Assembly: GCF_000981785.2 (NCBI RefSeq)
Contig: NZ_CP011304.1
Location: 3,810,001 to 3,842,000 of the forward strand
DNA length: 32,000 nucleotides
DNA from: Microcystis aeruginosa NIES-2549
Lineage (GTDB): Bacteria > Cyanobacteriota > Cyanobacteriia > Cyanobacteriales > Microcystaceae
Direction: 5' to 3'
In this document: positions 7,820 through 14,639 of the stretch, in pieces
Layout of the letters: the number at the start of each line of letters is the position of its first letter
Numbering within the stretch: position 1 is the stretch's first letter
Made by a program: the position numbers and the translations under genes
Notes under the pieces: generated by a model
The model's database searches: none
The model's input: the letters and a program-made list of their open reading frames with translations, nothing else
What the model was told of the DNA's origin: nothing

Positions 7820-8665
7820 ATGAAAATTAATATTTTTCCCATCAGTCTGTTTTCTGGCATAAGTATAATTACACTGTGGGCTTTTCCCTCCCTTGCCGCT
7901 AGTTTATCCGTTGCCGAGCTATTTGTTAAGATAGAAAATTTTAACCGACCATCCCTAGGAGCTATTTCTAGGGGAAATAATCAAATAATTAATATTGCTG
8001 AGGATGGAATTAGTCAGACTATTTTGACAGGTTCCGCATTTTTCCAGTCAGATGCGCTGGAATCATTAGGACAAATTGAATTTACTAATCAAACTCTGGG
8101 TTTTGGGAGTAATTTTGTTGGTAGGGCTGATATTCAAGCTTCTCTAGGGAGTCTATTTTTTGTGCCAGCTAATCAAGCTTTAAGCTTCGATTTTAGCCTG
8201 TTCAGACAGCTATCTAATAGCCAAAGTGAATCGCAGTTAAATACAGTTAGTAGTGCCAGCAGATTTAACTTTTTTCTTGAGGAACAATCTCTCATAAACT
8301 CGGATAATAGTTCTGAAATTTTGCCTCGACAACTAGATATGTTAAACCAGATTAATAGCGGTTTATCGGCAAGTATTCCTGAGAATTATTCTAGGTTTTT
8401 GATCGGGAACAACATCACGATTAATAGTTATATGGAAAATATTATCTCTACGGATCAGCAGCAATTAGTGACCACATTATTAACGGGTTCTTTTCAGTGG
8501 ACAGCAATAAGAGATACTATGATTTTTTTGAGTGTCTCGGCTCAATCTTGCACCTATAGTTCTGATCAACCGCGCACTTGTGTGATTATCGCTGAACCCC
8601 GTTACCATGGCATAATTTTCTTCCTTATCATCCCTATTTTCCTCTTATTCCGAACGATAAAGTAA
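7820..8665 (+). CDS. secreted S/N/Q-rich hypothetical protein with PEP-CTERM-like C-terminal anchor
   Basis: 281-aa ORF. N-terminal signal peptide (MKINIFPISLFSGISIITLWAFPSLAAS). C-terminus IAEPRYHGIIFFLIIPIFLLFRTIK: an (A)EP motif, a hydrophobic helix and a basic tail. Confidence 0.6.
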   Translation: MKINIFPISLFSGISIITLWAFPSLAASLSVAELFVKIENFNRPSLGAISRGNNQIINIAEDGISQTILTGSAFFQSDALESLGQIEFTNQTLGFGSNFVGRADIQASLGSLFFVPANQALSFDFSLFRQLSNSQSESQLNTVSSASRFNFFLEEQSLINSDNSSEILPRQLDMLNQINSGLSASIPENYSRFLIGNNITINSYMENIISTDQQQLVTTLLTGSFQWTAIRDTMIFLSVSAQSCTYSSDQPRTCVIIAEPRYHGIIFFLIIPIFLLFRTIK

Positions 8666-9427
8666 ATAATTTAACTCATTGGTCAACCATTCAGAAAACA
8701 ATTTTTGTAAAATTTCCTGATGGATTTCCTCGGTTAATTCCGCAGGTAAAAATTCCAGCACCATTAGTAAATGATATTCTTCGTTAATTTTCACTGGTTG
8801 TATAATTTCTTTTGGTCGAGCTTGAAAAACGATACTGGAAAGACCAGAAGAGGATAACTGACCACGATAGATTATTCCTTCATAGCCACAATGTAAGCGA
8901 CGTTGTTCGTCTATATCGTAAAGATGGGCAGCTTGATAAAAGCTAATTTCTTCTTCTTCAATTTGATAAAAAACTTCCCAAGCTAATTTTTCGTAGGGAA
9001 TAACCAGACGATAAAGAATCGCTCGCTCAAAGTCCAGACGATTCTCGGCAAAATGTCGTTCTACCTCCCGGGAAAAAAGAGCCGTCGATAGTTTTTTTGT
9101 TAGTAAATCCCCTTGAATTCCCGCTTCCCAATCTTCGGGAGCGATCATCTGATCTGCTAACCAGGCCAAGGTATCACTGGCTTTTTCTAATCGTTTTTCC
9201 CGTCTTTGCTCGTCAGCGAGCGCTTGAATTTCTGCGGGTGTAACGCTAATATTATGCTCTTGGGCTGATTTCTTGATGATTCTTTGGTGCAGGATTTTTT
9301 GACAAATTTCCTTAAGCTGTAGCTGCTGTTTAAGAAACTTTTCTATGTCTATTAACTCGATCTTAATTCCATGAAAGTCAGGCATATTTAAAGATAGAAT
9401 CCGTTTAATTGTATGATCATAAATCAA
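8645..9427 (-). CDS. PpiC/SurA-like (parvulin-related) protein, putative peptide-maturation/chaperone component
   Basis: 260-aa ORF. SurA-N-like helical part (ITVTPAEIQALADEQRREKRL..., WLADQMIAPEDWEAGI) then a parvulin-like part (ILYRLVIPYEKLAWEVFYQIEEEEISFYQAAHLYD...GYEGIIYRGQL...EYHLLMVLEF). It is the last gene of the peptide locus. Confidence 0.55.
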   Translation of the reverse strand: MIYDHTIKRILSLNMPDFHGIKIELIDIEKFLKQQLQLKEICQKILHQRIIKKSAQEHNISVTPAEIQALADEQRREKRLEKASDTLAWLADQMIAPEDWEAGIQGDLLTKKLSTALFSREVERHFAENRLDFERAILYRLVIPYEKLAWEVFYQIEEEEISFYQAAHLYDIDEQRRLHCGYEGIIYRGQLSSSGLSSIVFQARPKEIIQPVKINEEYHLLMVLEFLPAELTEEIHQEILQKLFSEWLTNELNYLLYRSE

Positions 9428-9478
9428 CTAAATTGACATACTAATTTATATTTATTTATGACCAGATACTTAGCAGCT

Positions 9479-9509
9479 AAAACTCTATCAACTAATTTGA
9501 TAGAGTTTT
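9479..9509. terminator. hairpin between last precursor gene and PpiC-like gene
   Basis: AAAACTCTATCA-ACTAATT-TGATAGAGTTTT: a 12-bp perfect stem with A/T-rich flanks, ~100 nt downstream of the stop at 9608. Confidence 0.5.
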
Positions 9510-9607
9510 AGTCACTCAAGGAAAATCTGAGGAATAATTTTTGTGAACTACCCTAGCTTATACTCAGAAATAATTAAGAGTCTAGGTGTAATTTTGAGTA
9601 GTTATCC

Positions 9608-9820
9608 TCAACTATTGGTAGTAATAGGCTGACCAATGGCAATACCAAAAGCCGTAATGAATCCCTGAGAAAAACTACCAATACGATTGTGACTGAAATC
9701 AAAGACAAATAAAGGTTGAAAACTTAGATCATTTAAAACCCATCCCTGCCCCTGAATACTCCCAAGATAAAGGGATTCAGTTTGGCAAAATTCCAAATCC
9801 CGAATTTTGATTTGACTCAT
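9608..9820 (-). CDS. leader-bearing small peptide precursor, paralog 5 of 5
   Basis: 70 aa. AAGGAG SD 7 nt before the ATG. N-terminus MSQIKIRDLEFCQTESLYLGS shares the I.DLE..E leader with its neighbours. Core is Gly/Ser/Phe-rich with no Cys. Confidence 0.7.
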   Translation of the reverse strand: MSQIKIRDLEFCQTESLYLGSIQGQGWVLNDLSFQPLFVFDFSHNRIGSFSQGFITAFGIAIGQPITTNS

Positions 9821-9840
9821 TATTATTCTCCTTGATTATT

Positions 9841-10086
9841 TTAGACAGGACTCATCGCATAGACATAACCAGCCTGAATAACATTCAGATAGGCGTAGTC
9901 ACTAGCTATTACACTTCCTGAAAATACCATTGATAAAGTACTGGGAGTTGAAGAAGCCTTAACTACTCCACTCAAATTAATCCAAGGGTTATGAACAATA
10001 AATCCCTGACCTCCAACAGGTGAACAGTTAGGAATTTTTTGATTTTGAGCCATTAATTCTAGATGCTCTAAATCGGTAATGATCAT
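9841..10086 (-). CDS. leader-bearing small peptide precursor, paralog 4 of 5
   Basis: 81 aa. MIITDLEHLELMAQNQKIPNCSPVGG then QGFIVHNPW.... GAGGA SD. 45 nt downstream of paralog 3. Confidence 0.7.
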   Translation of the reverse strand: MIITDLEHLELMAQNQKIPNCSPVGGQGFIVHNPWINLSGVVKASSTPSTLSMVFSGSVIASDYAYLNVIQAGYVYAMSPV

Positions 10087-10131
10087 AGTTTGTTCCTCGC
10101 AGTTTTGAACTTAATTAAGCCGGAATAGCTC

Positions 10132-10368
10132 CTATCCTATAGCCACCGCTTGATAAATAAAGGAGAAACCTGTAGTATAACCCTGGGGGGTAGCCGTAGT
10201 TAAAACTTGAGTTTCTCCACCGGCAATGCTGCCAAGGGAACCAACAACTAATGAATTAAATTTGAAATTAGCAATTGAAAAAGAGGGGATAACTACTATA
10301 CCTGAAGCTCCCTTTACTTCATAGGCTTGTTCGGTCATTTCCAAGTGTTCTAGATCGTTAATCAACAT
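10132..10368 (-). CDS. leader-bearing small peptide precursor, paralog 3 of 5
   Basis: 78 aa. MLINDLEHLEMTEQAYEVKGA then SGIVVIPSFS.... AAGGAGAAAAATT-ATG. Confidence 0.75.
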   Translation of the reverse strand: MLINDLEHLEMTEQAYEVKGASGIVVIPSFSIANFKFNSLVVGSLGSIAGGETQVLTTATPQGYTTGFSFIYQAVAIG

Positions 10369-10432
10369 AATTTTTCTCCTTGTTTAATGTTGTAACTGTT
10401 CCACAATAATAACGATTAATTATTAGTAGCGG

Positions 10433-10447
10433 TTGCCATTGTGGCAA
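10433..10447. promoter_or_regulatory. TTGCCA-N3-TGGCAA palindrome (candidate operator / -35 overlap), copy 1
   Basis: TTGCCATTGTGGCAA is a perfect inverted repeat, 65-79 nt upstream of the ATG at 10368. On the minus strand TTGCCA is followed after ~16 nt by TAATAA (a possible -10). Confidence 0.45.
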
Positions 10448-10748
10448 TTATTTTTTATATCGAGAATGATTGCTATTTTTATTTAGATCAACCTCTAATC
10501 CGTACAGAGGGAGTATTTATTACAGCTTTTATCATAAAGATAAAGTACAAAAGAATTTGGCCTTATCTCTGAGCAACTGGCTACTGTTAAATGTTCCGCA
10601 GTTCCAGCGTTCCCAAAAACTAGAGACTTCGTACCTTACCATTGGGATAAATGCTGTAATATACTCCTCTAATAAAAAAATCCTAACGAGTCTTGCTAAC
10701 CCGTCGTGAAATCAATCCTATGGTCGATATGTCAGGGATTCTAGTTAG

Positions 10749-11018
10749 CTACCCCCCCGGAGTAGTTGCCACGGCCGAAATTGAACTTGTGCTAAGGGCA
10801 AAACCAGGACCGGCCTCAACGGAGTTAGAAACATCGATACTCGCCGTTAGGGAACCGATAGCCGAAGAATTAATCCGACTTTGTACAAGACTGAAAATTA
10901 TGTCGTTAATTGACATATAGGCAACCTGATCTAAGTCGAAATCATCAAAATTTTGACCCCCGACAATTCCCTGCTTTCCGGTAGTCAGTTCAGAGAATTC
11001 TAAATTAATAATTACCAT
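10749..11018 (-). CDS. leader-bearing small peptide precursor, paralog 2 of 5
   Basis: 89 aa. MVIINLEFSELTTGKQGIVGG then QNFDDFDLD.... GGAG SD 10 nt upstream. Confidence 0.65.
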   Translation of the reverse strand: MVIINLEFSELTTGKQGIVGGQNFDDFDLDQVAYMSINDIIFSLVQSRINSSAIGSLTASIDVSNSVEAGPGFALSTSSISAVATTPGG

Positions 11019-11131
11019 TACTTTTCTGCTCCAAAGTAAACACGGATCAATAGTTATAAGCTACTGTTAAATAACCTCGATAATAATTCAGTAGCTTTCT
11101 GGATTTAACTGGTTCACAAGACATGGAAAAT

Positions 11132-11165
11132 AGGCTAGGTAGAAATTTGATTATCTACCTAGCCT
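11132..11165 (-). terminator. 12-bp-stem hairpin after precursor paralog 1
   Basis: AGGCTAGGTAGA-N10-TCTACCTAGCCT. On the minus strand it is followed by ATTTTCC. It lies 67 nt past the stop at 11232. Confidence 0.55.
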
Positions 11166-11231
11166 TAATGATCAAGTCAAAATTATCTTTTAGATTTGAT
11201 AACTTTGCGCAAGGCTAAACACAAGATTCGG

Positions 11232-11444
11232 TTAAACTAAACCTCTTGCCCGGGTGACGCTAGTGTATTCAATGGATTTAGAACCAGTTTCTGCGCTGAG
11301 ATCCAGAGTTTCTCGGCTAAAACCCCGAGCCAAAGCTTCACCAGAAATATCTAGACTTTTGCGGGAATAGAAAAAAGCACCGTTGCCTCCTTCGATATTT
11401 TTTTCAGAAACATTTTCGAGGTAGCTGATGTCGGAAATTAACAT
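11232..11444 (-). CDS. leader-bearing small peptide precursor, paralog 1 of 5
   Basis: 70 aa. MLISDISYLENVSEKNIEGG then NGAFFYSRKS.... AAGGAGAAAAACC-ATG. Confidence 0.75.
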   Translation of the reverse strand: MLISDISYLENVSEKNIEGGNGAFFYSRKSLDISGEALARGFSRETLDLSAETGSKSIEYTSVTRARGLV

Positions 11445-11532
11445 GGTTTTTCTCCTTGTTGTTTGAGTTGTTTGACTAGAAAACTTGTTTGTTTTCTATA
11501 TTTATATATTAGGATGTTGTTCATATACTTGG

Positions 11533-11547
11533 TTGCCAATCTGGCAT
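11533..11547. promoter_or_regulatory. TTGCCA-N3-TGGCA(t) palindrome, copy 2
   Basis: TTGCCAATCTGGCAT, preceded by GG as in copy 1. It lies 89-103 nt upstream of the ATG at 11444. Confidence 0.4.
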
Positions 11548-11671
11548 ATTTATTTCCTTGCTATATAAATTGGCAAAACTCATATATTTTGAAAAATATC
11601 CTCTGATTGGGCAAGATCGATTCATCTCTAAAATTGCTCAATCATGGAGTCAGTTGAAATTTATGACAACA

Positions 11672-11697
11672 AAGGTAGATAAAATCTTATCTACCTT
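11672..11697 (-). terminator. 10-bp-stem hairpin after HetP-like gene
   Basis: AAGGTAGATA-AAATCT-TATCTACCTT, 35 nt past the stop at 11732. It shares the AGGTAGA...TCTACCT core with the 11132-11165 hairpin. Confidence 0.5.
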
Positions 11698-11731
11698 GAC
11701 TATCCTCTCGAATTACTGGAATCATCGGCAC

Positions 11732-12070
11732 TTAAAACCAAGGAAGTTCCCGAAAACCGCCCTTGAGATTAGCCACTTCTGACTCAATTACTTTTACATG
11801 ATTCAAATCTCGGATGGCGAGGGAATTTATTTCCTCGGTTTTTGACGGCCCTTTGCGGGCGTTATCTTTAATCAATCGGTTATAGGTTCGATAGGGTATG
11901 TAATGGAGGGGATTGTAACCAGCGAAACGCAAAATTAACAGACAGGCCCAAGAATACTTGCCATTAAGAATCGCATCGACAATTTGGTCAAACTGTTCTT
12001 CTGTCATTGCTTTATCTCGTTTATTATTGGAATTACTGGGTAATTGAATCATTTTCCTCGTTTCTCCCAT
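11732..12070 (-). CDS. HetP-family protein with a C-terminal double-glycine-leader-like tail
   Basis: 112-aa ORF. EEQFDQIVDAILNGKYSWACLLILRFAGYNPLHYIPYRTYNRLIKDN matches the conserved HetP core as I remember it. GAGG SD favours the second ATG at 12052 (MIQLPS...). C-terminus is AIRDLNHVKVIESEVANLKGG-FRELPWF. Confidence 0.75.
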   Translation of the reverse strand: MGETRKMIQLPSNSNNKRDKAMTEEQFDQIVDAILNGKYSWACLLILRFAGYNPLHYIPYRTYNRLIKDNARKGPSKTEEINSLAIRDLNHVKVIESEVANLKGGFRELPWF

Positions 12071-12082
12071 TAAAAGTTGATA

Positions 12083-13744
12083 TTAAAGTGTCAGCCCATC
12101 CTGTTGTAGCTTTTTGAGCGGTTCTAATAAGACATCGATGATGCGACGACGACGGATAATAATCTCCGCCGTCCCGGTTTGTCCGGGTTTGAACGCCAGC
12201 GCTCCCTGACCGGGACGAGGGGAATCGCGATCGAGCAGAATCTCCACTTGATAGATCTCGCCTAAATCTTGATCGGTTCTGGTAGCGGTGGAAATCTTGC
12301 CAACTTTACCCCCAATCACGCCGTAATCTTGGTAAGGAAAAGCATCGATTTTCACCTGGGCCGTTAGTCCTGATTTGATAAATCCCGCTTCCCGATTGGG
12401 CAACTCGGCTAAGAGTACCAAAGGAACTCCTTCGGGGGCTACCTCGGCCAAGGTTTGACCGGCTTGCACCACCTCCCCTGATTTTTTCAGGTTGAGAGTC
12501 AAGATCACGCCATCGACTGGTGCTGTTAGATATTTTTGACGGAGTTGCTCCTGGGCTTTGGCCAAGAGGGTCTTATTTTCTCGTATACGAGCATCGATCT
12601 GGGCTATTTCTAGCTCGAGCGACGCTTTTTGTTTATTGGTCTCCAACTGCACCGCTTGCGCTTCTGCTCGCTTGCGACGCAATTCTGCCTGTAGTTGGGC
12701 GACTTCTTGGTAAGTTTTGGCTAATTCCCCTTGATTTTGGGTGATACGACTCTCTAGGTCGAGTAGGGATTGGGAGGCTTGGAAAATCTGCTCTTCGGCG
12801 TTATTGATTTCCTGTAATTGACTGATAGTAATCTTCTGTTCTGTCTCCCGCAGGTTTTGTTCGGCTTGAAAGAGCATCTCCAGGGAAATCGCCCCGTCGG
12901 CGGCTAAGGGTTTTAAACGAGCCACCCGCTCCTGATGGGCTTTCTTCTCCTCCTCTAGTTGGGCCGAGCGCCGGCTGGCTTCCCCGGAAAGGGGGTTTAG
13001 TTGCTGACGACGACTGCGATAGGCACTAGCTTGGGTTTTCTGTTCCCGCAATAATTGACGGATAGTGTCTAGTTTGCTTTCGGCAAGAGCGATCGCTGAT
13101 AATTGGGCTTTTTCCTCGGCTTCTGCGATCGCTTTTTGGGTGTCCTCCTGCAAATTTAGCCGCTCCCACAGGCCTCGTTTCTGAGTCTGTTCGATGTAGT
13201 TAGCGTTCAGGCTTTGTTGTAGGCGTTCTACTTCTTTTTGGGCAATTGTGGTGTCAATCTCGGCGATAATTTGTCCTTTTTTTACTTTATCCCCTTCTTT
13301 GACCTCTACACGGCTGATTTGACCCAATTCGAGGGGTTGAATTTTATAGGTTTCTCCCTGGGGAATTAATTTTCCCGTCGCCTTGCCCACTTCTTCGATC
13401 TGTCCGAACCATGCCCAGGTTCCGAAAATGACACAGAATCCCATTCCTGCCATCAATAGGCGTGTGGGTAGGGTGGCGGGGGGCTGATCGAGTAGGGTTT
13501 GTACGGGAGTTGACCAGGTGGTGGCGGAATGACCCGGAATCGGGGCGGCTACGGTGCTGAGAGGGGCGACTGCCCCACCACAAATCTGCTCCGCTTTTGC
13601 GGGAGAAATGGTGATTTCCCTCTCTTTGTCAGTTTCTTGTCCGACTTGGTTCGATTCAGGTAAATTGTTCATGGTATCTGCTGATAAGAGTGAGAGAGAC
13701 CCAGCAAAAACGGTCGCTGGCAAGTTGCTCTTAACTTTTGCCAA
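12083..13744 (-). CDS. HlyD-family membrane fusion / periplasmic adaptor protein
   Basis: 553-aa ORF (TTG at 13744; alternative ATG at 13672). One TM helix (LLMAGMGFCVIFGTWAWFG), a lipoyl-like motif (VKEGDKVKKGQIIAEID), a long coiled coil, and a beta-barrel tail (GLTAQVKIDAFPYQDYG). Confidence 0.9.
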   Translation of the reverse strand: MAKVKSNLPATVFAGSLSLLSADTMNNLPESNQVGQETDKEREITISPAKAEQICGGAVAPLSTVAAPIPGHSATTWSTPVQTLLDQPPATLPTRLLMAGMGFCVIFGTWAWFGQIEEVGKATGKLIPQGETYKIQPLELGQISRVEVKEGDKVKKGQIIAEIDTTIAQKEVERLQQSLNANYIEQTQKRGLWERLNLQEDTQKAIAEAEEKAQLSAIALAESKLDTIRQLLREQKTQASAYRSRRQQLNPLSGEASRRSAQLEEEKKAHQERVARLKPLAADGAISLEMLFQAEQNLRETEQKITISQLQEINNAEEQIFQASQSLLDLESRITQNQGELAKTYQEVAQLQAELRRKRAEAQAVQLETNKQKASLELEIAQIDARIRENKTLLAKAQEQLRQKYLTAPVDGVILTLNLKKSGEVVQAGQTLAEVAPEGVPLVLLAELPNREAGFIKSGLTAQVKIDAFPYQDYGVIGGKVGKISTATRTDQDLGEIYQVEILLDRDSPRPGQGALAFKPGQTGTAEIIIRRRRIIDVLLEPLKKLQQDGLTL

Positions 13745-14090
13745 GATAATTAATCTAGGGGAAAAAGAAACAATCTGGTGTTTCTTTAGGGATGTCTGTT
13801 GATCAAATCGCTTTCTTTTTACTGATCGAAGAATTTTAAGCGAACAATAAACAAGAACCAGTTAAGAATTATTTTTTGATCTATCTTGAAATCTCTAGCT
13901 TTCCCGATCCCCCATTTATGTATACTGGATGTAGTAAATGATAGATGGATATGGTGATTCTATCTTGGCTATTAAGTTATGCTCCACAAATAGATTATGT
14001 TCATGTTACCAGTTTTGTCAAGTATCAAAATAGTTAGTTATACACGAGTTAAATCTTAGCTATATTGTGGCTTATTCTAGAGAATTGCAG

Positions 14091-14105
14091 TTGCCAGAAT
14101 GGCAA
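14091..14105. promoter_or_regulatory. TTGCCA-N3-TGGCAA palindrome, copy 3
   Basis: TTGCCAGAATGGCAA is a perfect inverted repeat in the 895-bp spacer, ~350 nt upstream of the hlyD start. Confidence 0.4.
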
Positions 14106-14639
14106 TATAACTGTTAATTTTTCTGAAGCTTCACTTGGCAATAAAATGCAAAATTTCGATAATATCGGTGTTTTTAGACGAAAATTTTCGATTTTAACCT
14201 TAAAAATTGACCATAATCAAATAGTTTTATTTGAAAGAATGAGCAAATTCAGCTATATTTTCGTGGCTTGCCGAAAGTCTAACATCTGTCTCTAGGTCGA
14301 TATTTTTATCTATCAAATCATCGATGAAGAACAAATCAAAATATGTATACTCTGGCATTTACTGGTGGTGAAAAATACCGCTCAAGGGATTAAAAATATA
14401 TAAAATAGCCTCCCTTGGTTTAGTCTGGTTAAATGTAACCTAGAAAAACTTTTCTGTCATAACTGCACAGAAAAATTAAGAATACACCAGAGAGGTCCAA
14501 AGAACAGAGAGAGGAAGAGAAATTCGATGAGTAATACTGAATCCTTTCGAAAAGAACTATAAAAATGGAGAGTGGGGAGATGAGGGAGATAGGGCGTTAA
14601 GTTGGCATAGGATAGTACGATCTGGGCAGAAGGTGGTCG

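Noticed and set aside
10433-10447. Sigma-54 promoter interpretation of the TGGCA/TTGCC elements
   Set aside because: The order and spacing do not fit TGGCAC-N5-TTGCW on either strand, and cyanobacteria are not known to encode sigma-54. An operator or -35 overlap is more plausible.
10470-10920. Plus-strand ORFs 10470-10709 and 10693-10920
   Set aside because: They use non-ATG starts and have no SD. One is antisense to precursor paralog 2, whose leader homology supports the minus strand.
11558-11782. Plus-strand 74-aa ORF
   Set aside because: It spans the promoter/hairpin region and overlaps the HetP-like gene end antisense. It has a TTG-type start and no SD.
12520-13802. ORFs 12520-12744(+), 13344-13583(-), 13554-13802(+)
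   Set aside because: They are shadows inside or overlapping the HlyD gene.
14065-14357. ORF 14065-14295(+) and a 43-codon minus-strand ORF at 14226-14357
   Set aside because: They have no SD, no similarity to the five leader peptides, and AT-rich low-complexity translations.
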